From Octopus sinensis (Eukaryota): DNA of 64,000 nt. The DNA is taken from the NCBI RefSeq assembly GCF_006345805.1, contig NC_043011.1:14086464-14150463 (forward strand), written 5' to 3'. Under the pieces are notes generated by a model. It was given only the letters and a program-made list of their open reading frames with translations, was not told the origin of the DNA and ran no database searches. Below are positions 38,201-51,110 of the stretch, in pieces (the first letter of the stretch is position 1; the number at the start of each line of letters is the position of its first letter). The position numbers and the translations under genes are program-made.

Positions 38201-38706
38201 CTTCAGAAATGGAAATTTTAAAAATGGTATGGGATATTTCTTTCTCGTATTGGCTATGTTCAGTCAGTACTGATTCAGAAGTTTCTCCTCTCATCAAAGC
38301 TTTCTGGACGTTCTTTTTTTCTGAAAATTACTGTCATCCAATTTTCCTTTATGTGACCTTCCGTAAGTGATCCCTTATCCCACGTGTTTTCTATTCTTCT
38401 GCTTATTCCAGTTTCTTTCTGAAAGACAAACTGGAATAAGTAGAACAAGAGGAGATCTCATGGAAGGGGTCATAGTGTGTGGGACGAAAGAGCTTTGACA
38501 AAGAAACCAAAATAATAATAAATCTGAAGTGGAAGCAAAATATATAGTGTCAGTGTTTAATTGCCAAAATATGCTCTTTCCCAAGTATAACAATAATGTA
38601 AACAATGGTTTTTAATTAAAGTGTTTATGCGTTCAAGGAAACTACGATGGTAATTTGTTGATTGATCTCCAGTGCGTCACGAAGTCAAAACTATTCAAGA
38701 TTATTG

Positions 38707-39123
38707 GGATCTTTTCGGTTTGACCGGCAGTTTTTAACATAATTTGTAGGTAACTAAAAAAATTTAAACTTCGTATACTGGTAGAATGTGTTTATAAAAC
38801 ATCTTTTTCTCTTGGCTTTATTGAGAAAATTCTATAGTTTGTAAGATATTTGTTGCTTTTTTTCTTCAATTTCTACAATTTCAACCAATCACTGACGTCC
38901 ATTGAGGTAAACAACATTCTGTGCCGTATGAATATGTCCCTCATTTAAGAAACAGATTGGGTTTATTTACATTTCTGAACAAAAAAATATACCCTTCCCC
39001 CCACCCCTAACCCTAACCCTAAAGCAAATTGAAATGCAATAGATCGATACTAGGGTAAAAATTATGGATGACAATTTCATATGACACCGCTAGAAAAAAC
39101 TGCCGTTCAAACAGAAAAGATCC
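38707..39123. mobile_element. GGATC-MITE copy, TSD gattattg/gaatattg
   Basis: Same TIRs and body in the opposite orientation, with an 8-bp TSD carrying one mismatch. Confidence 0.9.
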
Positions 39124-40778
39124 GAATATTGTTCTATAATATCCATAAGCAAAGTAACATTTCTCTTGGCAGTGAGTTTGATGAATTTGTCCTTCTTTAA
39201 AGTCCTGGTCACTCTTCTTACTTCTTTGCAGGCGTTCGATTTTGAAGGACTGGCCTTTTCCAATACACTTTTCGAACTCCCCATCTTAGTTCTTCTGATT
39301 TCTCTGCGTTCAAATCCCAGCGTGCTTGATTTGGCTTTTCATTCGTCCGGGTTCGATAAAAATATATAACTGTAAAATACCGACATCAATCAATATCTCT
39401 TTATCTCTGCTGAATACAGATCATGTTTCCACCAACCACAGTGACTTGTTCTTGGGTAATAAATATAATCTATCACCCAGTTTCACACAATCACCATTAC
39501 CATCAAATAAGCGGACTCCACTCTGTTCCGAAATTTCAGACATGTCTCAAGTCTGAGTATATTTTCACAGTTTTTTACATGGGTTATGATTTCTTCCTTC
39601 ACTAATCTCGAACGCCCTACAACAGTCGAAGCTTCTATCCGTCCTCCTCTGACTGAACTATAAAAGAAATTTCAACTGAACTCCCTTCATTTCAAAAATT
39701 GGCCTCAGGCCTAAGTAAGACGCCAGTTTCAGCTCTCACCTGACACCTTGATGTCACTCACTAATAAAACCCTTGATTTATTTTTAATGAGATTTCGCCG
39801 TAAATAAGATTTATATAAACAGAGTTTTAACAGTTGAGATTGTAGTGGTGAGTGAGATGTTTCGTTATTACTATGAAGACGTTTTACTCTTAAGTGGAAT
39901 GAATGATATCATGTCAATAATACAGTAATCTCATGACAAGAAATATCGAGGATAAATCTTCTATCGTCTAACTAAACACATATTTCAAGTCACTATCTCT
40001 AAACGATATCTATTCATCTTGATATTTCAGCTAGAGATATAAATATTAACTTTGAAAAATGTAATCGAAAGATGATCTGAGGAAAGTTGCCAAAAAGTGG
40101 GGTTCGATAATCCTATATTCTATTCTATTCAGAATTCTCTCATGAAAAGACCAAATGAGTGGTAAGTTGAGTAAAAGCCATAAGTAACAAAAGACTCGTT
40201 CAAGTATTACAGAGGAACGAGGAAATCGAAATTTGTGAATGTCGACCAAGCTTTTATGCAGTTGCTTTCTATGTAAGCTACAAAGAAAAATACTTAAGGG
40301 AAAAGACATTGAATTACAAAAAAAAATCTTGTTTTATTATGTTTTTAATTTCTATTTTGTACATTGAGTAATCAAATATAGTTCTTTGTTACTTATTGGA
40401 TATGAAATACCGAATAATGATTATTGCTGCAACAAATACCAAACTCCTTCAGCAGGAAAAAATATATAATTAAGAATAATGATTTCTAGCATTGGCAGCA
40501 GAGAATTGTAGACAGTGTTTCTGAGAGGAAGAGGAGACTGGGAAGACAGAAAAGAGAGGACAAATTTCATATTTAATAAGATTGGAATGGTTCCCAGTTC
40601 TTTTCAGTTTGTGCAACTCCTTGGCGAAGAAAAAAGGAATTACAGGGATTCAAACTCTACTAAGTCTTCGCATTAATAAAAAGGGAGTTACCAAAAAGTA
40701 ATTCCCTAATACTTGCAGAGAGCCTCATATTTGCCAATTTGAGAGCCCATAGCGGGACTGGGACTTTTTTTTTTTTAA

Positions 40779-41195
40779 GGCGGCGAGCTGGCAGAAATGT
40801 TAGCACGCAGGGCGAAATGCGTAGCCGTATTTCGTCTGTCGTTACGTTCCGAGTTCAAGTTCCGCCGAGGTCGACTTTGCCTTTCATCCTTTCGGGGTCG
40901 ATAAATTAAGTACCAGTTACGCACTGGGGTCGATGTAATCGACTTAATCCCTTTGTTTGTCCTTGTTTTCCCCCTCTGTGTTTATCCCCTTGTGGGTAAT
41001 AAAGAAATAGGTATTTCGTCTATCGTTACGTTCCGAGTTCAAATTCCGCCGAGGTCGACTTTGCCTTTCATACTTTCGGGGTCGGTTAAATAAGTACCAG
41101 TTACGCACTGGGGTCGATGTAATCGACTTAATCCCTTTGTCTGTCCTTGTTTGTCCCCTCTGTGTTTAGCCCCTTGTGGGTAGTAAAGAAATATA
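40779..41195 (+). mobile_element. Dimeric SINE B. Also at 47057-47410(+) and 60085-60473(-)
   Basis: A full monomer is followed by a 5'-truncated monomer through the identical junction aaagaaatag|gtatttcgtc. Confidence 0.85.
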
Positions 41196-42657
41196 TTTTT
41201 TATAGACTTCAGAGGGATGAAAAACAAAAAACAGATATCCGACGAAATTTTAACTCAGAACGTAAGGATATTTAACTAAATATTGCCTTATATTTTGTCC
41301 AACGGTCAACCCTTTCATCCGTTATATATATTAATATGCAGTAGAGTGTTTATATACAGGAGGGGTTTTTTTTTACAAACTTGTTATATTACACAAAGTC
41401 TCTTCTATTAAGTTCTTGAAACAATTTTCAGTGTCAATTAAATCTTTGAATTTTTAATAAGTTTTCTCTCAGTGGTTGTCTTGTTGATGTTGTTGTTGCT
41501 GCTGTTGCTGATGCTGTTGCTACTGTTGCTGTTGAGCGAACGGTCTTCGTCCCAGAGCTCGCAAGATGGGAGAAGTCCGAAACGGGGTCCTTTGCTATTC
41601 GTAAGACCCGCAGAAGAGAAAACAGGTCAACCCCCGACACCGAGAGCTTCGACGGATGGGTGAATGCGCATCCAAGCTCAGCGGTTGCGTAGGAAGTCGG
41701 GGACAAGAAACAGGAAGAAAGAGGGAGAGAAAGTTGGGACGAAAGAGTACAACAGGGGTCGCCACCATCCCCTGCCGGAGCCTCGTGGAGCTTTAGATGT
41801 TTTCGTTCAATAAACACACACAACGCCCGGTCTGGGAATCGAAACCGCAATCCTCTGACCGCGAGTCCGCTCCCCTAACCATTGGGCCATTGCACCTCCA
41901 CTTGTTGCTGCTCCTGCTGTCTAACCCAGACTCAGCCCTGATTGAGTAGGTATGGGTATGATCAAAGACGTTCCACCTGTGGCCATCCTGTCTTTTTGTT
42001 TGTATTGAAAGAACTACATCTTTTTATTAAAATGTTAGAATGTAGTTTAACATTTTCTCCTTCACAGCCCTGATCGTAAAACTTCTCTCGTTGGCTCGTC
42101 AGTTAAATGATCTTGTTGTTGTTGTTAGCCTCAAGTTGATCAAAGGAATTCCAAATGTGACCATCATGTCTTTTCAAACACTGTGTATCCTGATTCCTAT
42201 TATCAATTGCGGTAGTGTGTGATTTTAGAGAAATTTGCCTGCTATTTCAAGCCTGTTAAGCTACTAAATCACAGTTCATTTTTTGGTTCGTGGTCATCAG
42301 AATAGCGGTGGCGTCGCTCATTGGCATTTGGTCAAAATATCCTCCATGTTTGTAGTTGAAAAGAACTGTTCGAATAGTATTTCTTCTCATACTGACATAT
42401 TGATGCCTTCTTTTGATGGGTTTTTTTTTTCTTGTCTTTTTGTTTTATTGAGCATATCGAAATGCTGCCCAAGAATATTATACTAAATCACGTAGCTCAG
42501 GGAACTTCTTTTATTTATTATCGTTGGAAGAAAATTGCCGCTTCGATTATAGAAATACTATTAGCATTTTCTTCTTCAAAGTCCAGATGTATCGGAATAA
42601 CGGTGACACATTTTTGAGGAAGTCGAAGATAAGCTGGAAAATATTGGATATCGGACT

Positions 42658-42803
42658 CTGTGCGTGTGTGTGTGTGTGTGTTTGTGTGTGTGCGTGACTG
42701 TGCGCGCGCCTCTGTGTGTGTGTGTGTGTGTGTGTGCGTGACTGTGCGCGCGCCTGTGTGTGTGTGTGTGTGTGTGTGGTGTACACGCGCGTGTGTGTGT
42801 GTG
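42658..42803. repeat. (TG)n compound microsatellite with repeated gtgactgtgcgcgcgcc spacers
   Basis: Direct reading. Confidence 0.9.
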
Positions 42804-43849
42804 TCGAACAATGAGATTGAATGCTCAACACCACATTGGTGAATAAAGATTTTTTTTTATTTGTGTATTAAGGCTACCATTGGTTTCATTTAAGGAACTT
42901 TCTCAGCAATTATTCAGGCCTATCACTTAGGAAAATAGTATTCGTCTCCATTTGGGATTAAAACACGGAAAGTCACGGAAGATCATGATAAAATCACACG
43001 AGAATTTCAGTAAACAAAAGCGAGATATCAAAGGTAAAGAGCATTAGACATATGCAGGACATTATATGACATTATCATTCAGCAACCCCAAACCCTTACA
43101 AATTCAGCGCTGAAATATGTGTAAGAATAATGAATATACATGAATATACAGGCGCAGGAGTGGCTGTGTGGTAAGTAGCTTGCTTACCAACCACATGGTT
43201 CCGGGTTCAGTCCCACTGCGTGGCATCTTGGGCAAGTGTCTTCTGCTATAGCCCCGGGCCGACCAATGTCTTGTGAGTGGATTTGGTAGACGGAAACTGA
43301 AAGAAGCCCGTCGCATATATGTATAAATATATATGTGTGTGTGTGTGTGTGTATGTTTGTGTGTCTGTGTTTGTCTCTCCTAGCATTGCTCGACAACCGA
43401 TGCTGGTGTGTTTACGTCCCTGTTACTTAGCGGTTCAGCAAAAGAGACCGATAGAATAAGTACTGGGCTTACAAAAAGAATAAGTCCCGGGGTCGAGTTG
43501 CTCGATTAAAGACCGTGCTCCAGCATGGCCACAGTCAAATGACTGAAACAAGTAAAAGAGTAAAAGAGTATACATATAACAATCGTGAAACTGTCCCTTT
43601 AGCATTAATATAAACGGTTCAAAGCGGAAGTCATGAAAGGTCGGTTGAGCCTTTTAATGAATGTCTTTTCTCGTCCTCACTCAATATCCTTCCATCTCGT
43701 CGCCACAGCCTCCACCCACCTTCCTTCAACATTCATTAACCCACATACCCCAATTCTTATTTTGATTGCTACGTCTAAAATATTCCACGGTAGCTGCTCT
43801 ACTATCACTGCCTTTCACAATACTGTTATACACGCGCCACAAAAAAGGG

Positions 43850-44294
43850 GGATCTTTTCGGTTTGAACGGCAATTTTTCTAGCGGTGTCATATGAAATTG
43901 TCACCCATAATTATGACCCTAGTATCGATCTATTGCATTTCAATCTGTTTTAGGGTTAGGGTTAGAGTTAGGGTTATGGTTAGGGTTAGAGTTAGGGGTG
44001 GGGAAAGGGTATCTTTTTTTCTTCACAAATGTAAATAAACCCAATCTGTTTCTTATACGAGGGACATATTCATACGGCACAGAATGTTTTCACCTCCATA
44101 GACGTCATTGATTGGTTGAAATTGCAGAAATTTAAGAAAAACAACAACAAATATCTTACAAACTATAGAATTTTCTCAATAAAGCCAAGAGAAAAAGATG
44201 TTTTATAAACACATTCTACCAGTATACGAAGTTTAAAAGTGTTTAGTTAAGTGGAAATTATTTTAAAAAACTCCCGGTCAAACCGAAAAGATCC
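43850..44294. mobile_element. GGATC-MITE copy with expanded (TTAGGG)-like core
   Basis: TIRs present. TSD aaaaaggg/aaaagggg. Internal tagggttagggttagagttagggttatggttagggttagagttagggg. Confidence 0.9.
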
Positions 44295-45067
44295 AAAAGG
44301 GGTAGTTGAAGTGGGTATACCCAGACAACAAGATTATTGTTATACTGTGCCGTTTTTTAGGTTAATGGATGTTTTCTTAACTTTATTTCTAAAATGCATG
44401 AAATAATGCACAAATGGACAAATTAGCAAAGATATTTCGGAGGTGCACTTGCCAAGCAAATGATTTGATCTGTGACCATATGTGGAAACGAAAACGATTG
44501 CAGCTTGAAAAGACATACGTTAACCATTCAAAAACACACAGAGGTTGGTAACTTCACTTAAACATTGTTTGTAATATAGCGTCAAACATTGAATAAACAA
44601 AGAGGCCGTTCGGCCAAATAAAATTCAAATTATGCAGCAGAGGCAGCTCTAGATAAAAGTTTTTCTCTCTTTGACATACTTCGAGTATGTTTGGACGACT
44701 GCTGCAGCTTCTGACTTCTTAACAGTGACTTACGTTAAGTATATCACACATCTTTTTACGTTTCTGAATTCAAATACCACCGAGGTCATCTCTGCCTTTC
44801 AAAATTACTGGCCCTGTGCCAAAACTAGAAAGTATTTTCATTATTATTTTTCATTGTCATCGTCATCGTCGTACCTCGGCGTGTCGTCGTCGTCGTCGTT
44901 GTTGTTATTGTTGTTCAAACTCAGTGATATAATATTTCGCTTGGATAAAATAAAATTCTACTGCTACCTAGGTAGATGTGTGTCTGCTATACACCACCTA
45001 GCATTTATTCAAGTGTCCTTAAAGTTCTAGTTTGTATTACCCCAGCGGAGCTCTCTGAAGATATTTT

Positions 45068-45476
45068 GGATCTTTTCGGCTTAAACGGCAGTTTTTTTTT
45101 TATAATTTCCACGTAACTAAACACTTTTAAACTTCGTATACTGGTAGAATGTGTTTATAAAACATCTTTTTCTCTTGGCTTTATTGAGAAAATTCTACAG
45201 TCTGTAAGATATTTGTTGTTTTTTTTCTTCAATTTCAACCAATTACTGACGTCTATTGAGGTAAAAAACATTCTGTGCCGTATGAATATGTCCCTCGTTT
45301 AAGAAACAGATTGGGTTATTTACATTTGTGAAGAAAAAAATATACCCTTCCCCCCACCCCTAACCCTAACCCTGAAACAGATTGAAATGCAATAGATTGA
45401 TACTAGGGTCATAATTATGGGTGACAATTTCATATGACACCGCTAGAAAAAACTGCCGTTCAAACCGAAAAGATCC
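45068..45476. mobile_element. GGATC-MITE copy, perfect TSD gatatttt
   Basis: TSD at 45060-45067 and 45477-45484. Confidence 0.9.
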
Positions 45477-45718
45477 GATATTTTTCATTACCTTTCTAAA
45501 CAAGGTTATTATTTCCCAACGATAAATAAAGTGACTGTTTTGTTCCTTTTTCAGTTTCCGGCCGATTTATAACTCGTGAAGATGTACCTTCAGATCACAA
45601 CAATAACTGATGAAGAGAATAGCCACCAAAACATCAAGATGTTCAGCATGGTAACTACTGGTACCAGTTCAATATTTTCCATGGTAACACTACAGTCTCT
45701 TTAATTTTATTGCTATTG

Positions 45719-46143
45719 GGATCTTTTCGGCTTGAAAGGCAGTTTTTTCTAGCGGTGTCATATGAAATTGTCACCCATAATTATGACCCTAGTATCGATC
45801 TATTGCATTTCAATCTGTTTTAGGGTTAGGGTTAGGGCTAGGGGTGGTGGAAAGGGTATATTTTTTTCTTCACAAATGTAAATAAACCCAATCTGTTTCT
45901 TAAACGAGGGACATATTCATCGGCACAGAATGCTTTTTTTTACCTCAATAGACGTCAGCGATTGGTTGAAATTGCAGAAATTGAAGAAAAAACCCAACAA
46001 GTATCTTACAAACTATAGAATTTTCTCAATAAAGCCAAGAGAAAAAGATGTTTTATAAACACATTCTACCAGTATACGAAGTTTAAAATTTTTTAGTTAC
46101 CTAGAAATTATGTTTAAAACTGCCGTTCAAACCGAAAAGATCC
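45719..46143. mobile_element. GGATC-MITE copy, perfect TSD tgctattg
   Basis: TSD at 45711-45718 and 46144-46151. Confidence 0.9.
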
Positions 46144-48615
46144 TGCTATTGTTGTTGCAATATTCACTGATATATTTGCATCGTAAAAGCTTTCTAAAAC
46201 CCTTTTTTCCGTATTTCACAATGCTTCAAGCGATCTCTAAAACTTTTTTATTCCTAATCTTGAGCCAGGTGAAATTTGCAACTGTTAAAGAGCTATTCTG
46301 ACTATCAGAGTGGTGCACCAGAGCTGACTGTCAAACTGACTTCTTTAAACGCTGCCTCAACAACCTTTTCATAAACTCTCTATAAATGAAATACACCACA
46401 TTTATATCCTGACATCTCTTTTACTCTTTTACTTGTTTCAGTCATTTGACCGTGGCCATGCTGGAGCACCGTCTTTAGTCGAGCAAGTCGACCGCAGGAC
46501 TTATTCTTTGTAAGCCCAGTACTTATTCTATCGGTCAATTTTGCCGAATCGCTAAGTTACGGGGACGTAAACACACCAGCATCGGTTGTCAAGCAATGTT
46601 GGAGGACAAACACAGACGCACAAACATATACACACACACGTACATATATACGACGGGCTTCTTTCAGTTTCCGTCTGCCAAATCCACTCACAAGGCTTTG
46701 GTCGACCCGAGGCTATAGTAGCAGACACTTGCCCAAGATGCCATACATTGAGACTGAACCCGGAACCATGTGGCTGGTGAGCAAGCTACTTACGACCAAA
46801 CTCATCAACTTGTACGAAAACTCTCTCGACTTCTCCTAATGACCTTAACACTGAACACTCTGCCCTGAAAAGCCACCACGGGAATTAACCGATGCTACCG
46901 CGACTGTGTCGAGCTAGAGACGAAATATCTTAAGCAGAAATTTTTTTGATTCTACTGCGTACATTACAATATTTCCTTTCGTGTGTCATCATCAACTTTG
47001 ATAGACAAAATAACAACTCGAGCACATACCTCAACATTCTTGTTCGCAGTTCAAGGTGGCGGGCTGGCAGAAAGGTTAGCACGCCGGGCGAAATGCTTAG
47101 CAGTATTTCGTCTGCCGCTACGTTCTGAGTTCAAATTCCGCCGAGGTCGACTTTGCCTTTCATCCTTTCGGGGTCGATTAAATAAGTACCAGTTACGCAC
47201 TGGGGTCGATATAATCGACTTAATCTATTTATCTGTCCTTGTTTGTCCCCTCTGTGTTTAGCCCCTTGTGGGTAGTAAAGAAATAGGTATTTCGTCTGTC
47301 ATTACGTTCTGAGTTCAAATTCCGCCGAGGTCGACTTTGCCTTTCGTCCTTTCGTAGTCGGTAAATTAAGTACCAGTTGCTTACTGAAGTCGATCTAATC
47401 GACTGGCCCCCTCTCTAAAAATTTCAGGCTTTGAGTCTGGAATAGAAAAGATTCTTGTTCACTGTTCACCGCATTAAATCTCTCACACAAAGCATCTCAG
47501 TCTCGGCTTGTCGTTCATCATTCTATTTTGAAACCATTTTTCCCGACTGTATATTAGCTCAAATAGCTATCTACCCCCAACAATTTTAACCACAATACCA
47601 CCATCACCAATACCAACGTCACCACACATCCAAAATTCCTTGTCTATCACTCATACATTGCATTGCATCTAACCCCCAGCAACCACAACCTCGAGTGCAA
47701 TCTATCTAGAACTGAACAGTTCATATTTGACAATTTGTAGATGCATACCAATGCAACACTTAACCTTTCGATACCCCCAACTCGCCGCTTTAAGAAGACT
47801 ACAAGCGAATGACCTCATCTAACTTCCTTTGTGCAAATGAAAACAAATTCTGTCATCACCTGAGATACCTGTAATAAACCAGTGTATAGACACCTCGACT
47901 TGTATCTAGAAGTCATTTGAACTGACAACAGCAACCTATCTAGCTTCACAACCAGAGTTAAAACTACCTTCACGGCAATCAACAGACTTCCCAAATCATC
48001 ATAACTCCTAACAAGAACCAGTTACTAAAAGCTGATCCATCGTTTTGAGCATAAAGGATTCCTTCTACAAACTTTCCTGATTCCTCCTCCGCGATTATAT
48101 TTTATAGTTCTTAAATCTGATAGAAAGAGGCAGGTTGGTGTGTTGGTGAGTGCTGGTTACGGTCAGCAAAAGAGTAAAGATTAGTGATGCATTTAGCTGG
48201 GTGACAGCAAGGTTGCAGGTACCGATGTAGCGAGGAATGTGTAGTTCAGACTGAATGGATATCTGTTATATTTGGTGATCTTAGGGCCGAGTCGATATAG
48301 TTATAGAATAACTTTATCTGAACACCTGACGTGTCCTATGAAGGTTAAGAGTAAGGATTTCAGAACACGAAAAGTCACGGAAAATCACGATAAAATCACA
48401 TGAGAATCTCAGTAAACAAAAACAAGACATCAAAGGTAATGAGTATTACACATATCCAGGACATTATGATATAAAGAAACTTATCATTCAGCAACCCCAA
48501 ACCCTTACGAATTCGACGTTGAAATCTGTGTAAGAATATGTGATATACATGTAATAATCATGTAACTGTCCCTTTAGAATTAATATAAACCGACTGGTTT
48601 ACAGCGGAATTATTG

Positions 48616-49026
48616 GGGTCTTTTCGGTTTGAACGGCAGTTTTTAACATAATTTCTAGGTAACTAAAAAGTTTAAACTTCGTATACTGGTAGAATGTGTT
48701 TATAAAACATCTTTTCCTCTTGCCTTTATTGAGAAAATTCTATGGTTTGTAAGATATTTGTTGTTGTTTTTCTTCAATTTCTGCAATTTCAACCAATCAC
48801 TGACATCTATTGAGGTAAATAAAAGCATACTGTGCCGTATGAATATTCCCTCGTTTAAGAAACAGATTGGGTTTATTTACATTTGTGAAGAAAAAATATG
48901 CACTTCCCCCCACCCCTAACCCTAAAATAGATTGAAATGCAATAGATCGATTCTAGGGTCATAATTATGGGTGACAATTTCATGTGACACCGCTAGAAAA
49001 AACTGCCGTTCAAACCGAAAAGATCC
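48616..49026. mobile_element. GGATC-MITE copy, TSD aattattg/aattagtg
   Basis: TIRs and 8-bp TSD present. A paralogous empty site is near 43625-43650. Confidence 0.9.
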
Positions 49027-49846
49027 AATTAGTGTAAGATCAGTTGAGGCTTTTAACGAATGTTTTTTCTCGTCTTCACCCTATATCCGTCCCTCACATC
49101 TTCCATCTCATCACACCAAACACACCAGCCTGCCTCTTTCGGTCAGATTTAAGAACCATAATTAGTCCGTAGTTGTTTTTGTAAACAAGCTTTCATGTGC
49201 TCTCACTGTGTACCGGTTATAAGACTTTAGCCGCAGCATGACGTCATGGTCGTATCGGCTGTCTTTTGTCTTACGTTTTTTCATTGGTTGATTTTACTGT
49301 CCATACATCGATTCTTATCTTCGTGAAAAGTTTCTTTTCCATGGAGAAAAGTTCTTAGAATCGGGTTTACGGCAGTTATATAAAAGCCCTGAGTTTTGGA
49401 AAATTATTCAGTGACACTCGGTTGCCTCATTTTGACAATGCTATTTTGCATTGTTCATCATTCATGACATTTTGTCATGCTTTTCTCAACCTGTTTAGAG
49501 TAGTTTTAAGGAACTAGCTAAGAAATGTTTTTCCTGCCATCATTCTAGCGACTGAACCCTTTTAAAACACGTTTTAAAAACAAACAAGTTACCTCCCATC
49601 TGCCAGAGTTACTGCCCTTCAAAAATAATTTTCATTACTTTCTACTTACAAATGATCTCCGTTTCTCTTTTTATTTTTCAAGATATTTGTGAAAACATTT
49701 TGTTTCACACCGCCAGCACATCCAAATATATATACATCATTGCTTCTTAAATTTATAGTGGAAGTATCGCAGCAGATATAATAATAGCGAAATAGTGACT
49801 GAAATATTGCTGCAATTAACAGAGCGTTTATATATAAGGTACAAAG

Positions 49847-50047
49847 GGCGATCCTTCGGTATAGGTACCTTACGTACAGGAAGTGGCTTTGTTTACATTT
49901 CTGAAAATAACAGAAACCCTTTTCTCCCACCCCTAACCCTAACACAAACCCTAACCATAACCATACCCCCCCCCCCCATATATATAATAAAAAAACACTT
50001 TCTTGAAATGTGTCCGGTACTTCTGGTACCTATACCGAAGTTACGCC
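49847..50047. mobile_element. Second copy of the small GG...CC MITE, TSD ggtacaaag
   Basis: TSD at 49838-49846 and 50048-50056. IR cttcggtataggtacc/ggtacctataccgaag. Internal ccctaaccctaac. Confidence 0.85.
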
Positions 50048-50681
50048 GGTACAAAGATTCGTGTTGTTGACGAAAGTATAAGAACACCGGGAACCTTTGG
50101 AATGGGAGATATTGCAGCAGTCTACACTCATAAGAACACTTTCGTATCCTTCATTCATATTATGCATACCTGCGCGTGCATCAGTGTTGTGTGTGTAGGG
50201 GATGGCATGTGCGTGTGTGTGTGCGCGGTTGCGTGAGTATATGTGTTAGCGGGAATTACTGAGATATAACGAAAATATTTCTATAACCTATTCGAGGGTA
50301 GGTAACTCTAAAATATATGTTTAAAGGGGAATAACTTTGTGTAGTTGACATATGTCTATATATTATATGACTATTTATTATCCAGTGTGTTCATAGATTA
50401 TTTTTACAAACTTGTACACTTCCTTGTATTGTATCGTCTGGAAGTGTTTCGCTGTTTTCAATAAAACTTCCTTTGTTTGCCAATAAACATTGCGGAGTTA
50501 TCCGTATTTTTCATTCTTTTCTGAATTTTTCAAAGTGTAAAGGCAACTTTATTGAATACCCATTATAGCGATCCACTGGCGCAAGATATGTGCGTGTGTG
50601 TGTGTGTGTGCATTTATGAGCATATATCTGTGCGATTTTTTTTCCTCCGTCTTCCCTTCTTTAGATCTTTCCTTTTCCTAT

Positions 50682-50716
50682 GTTTCTGACGAAGAGCTCC
50701 GCTCGAAACGTTAAAC
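50682..50716 (+). ncRNA. Minimal type-I hammerhead ribozyme motif with intact core
   Basis: GTTT-CTGACGA-A-GAGC(TCC)GCTC-GAAAC-GT-T-AAAC: stem I GTTT/AAAC, stem II GAGC/GCTC, and palindromic ACGT in place of a stem III hairpin. Confidence 0.7.
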
Positions 50717-50836
50717 CCTCCTTCTTTCCTGGGCGTCCAATAACATTATACTTGTTCCACATCCTCGCGTTGTTGTGTTTTCTCTTTGCGTTTTTCATGT
50801 TTGGATTAACTATATATATATATACATATATATATA

Positions 50837-50889
<53 letters not shown>

Positions 50890-50893
<4 letters not shown>

Positions 50894-51110
50894 GTCGCCA
50901 TGATAGATCGTTAGCCACTACACACATTTTTTTCTCTCCTTGTATCTCTCCGTGTTTTTTCTGTGTCACTTTCTGTAGAAGAGCGTAGGCTCGAAACGTA
51001 AAAGACTTTTTCTATTCCTGAGCGTTATACTAATACATCTGTTTGTTTTGTACACCACCTGTCTTCGTATTTTGTTTTTTTCGTAAGCTCTCCCTATATA
51101 TATATATATA
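50890..51110 (+). mobile_element. Short (TA)n-flanked repeat carrying the hammerhead motif. Family members at about 21445-21690 (-), 50600-50810, 51290-51470 and 53590-53770
   Basis: gatcgttagccactacacacattttttctctcc...ctaatacatctgtttgttttgtacaccacctgtcttcgt is shared between 50890-51110 and 53590-53770. A diverged version is on the minus strand at 21445-21690. Confidence 0.7.
50969..51004 (+). ncRNA. Hammerhead-like motif (CUGUAGA variant). Sister copies at 53663-53698 (+), 21576-21611 (-) and a degenerate copy at 51355-51390 (+)
   Basis: CTTT-CTGTAGA-A-GAGC(GTAG)GCTC-GAAAC-GT-A-AAAG. Same architecture as 50682-50716, with A6 replaced by U. Confidence 0.55.

Noticed and set aside
39200-39284. 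MGSSKS... ORF as a myristoylated first exon
   Set aside because: It abuts a degenerate SINE and a MITE, and has no supporting downstream exon or homology.
43941-43990. True or interstitial telomere
   Set aside because: These are short degenerate TTAGGG runs internal to a MITE, present in every full copy of that family.
47560-48050. Possible ancient Penelope RT remnant
   Set aside because: Only faint motif resemblance with many stops, so it cannot be supported without a profile search.
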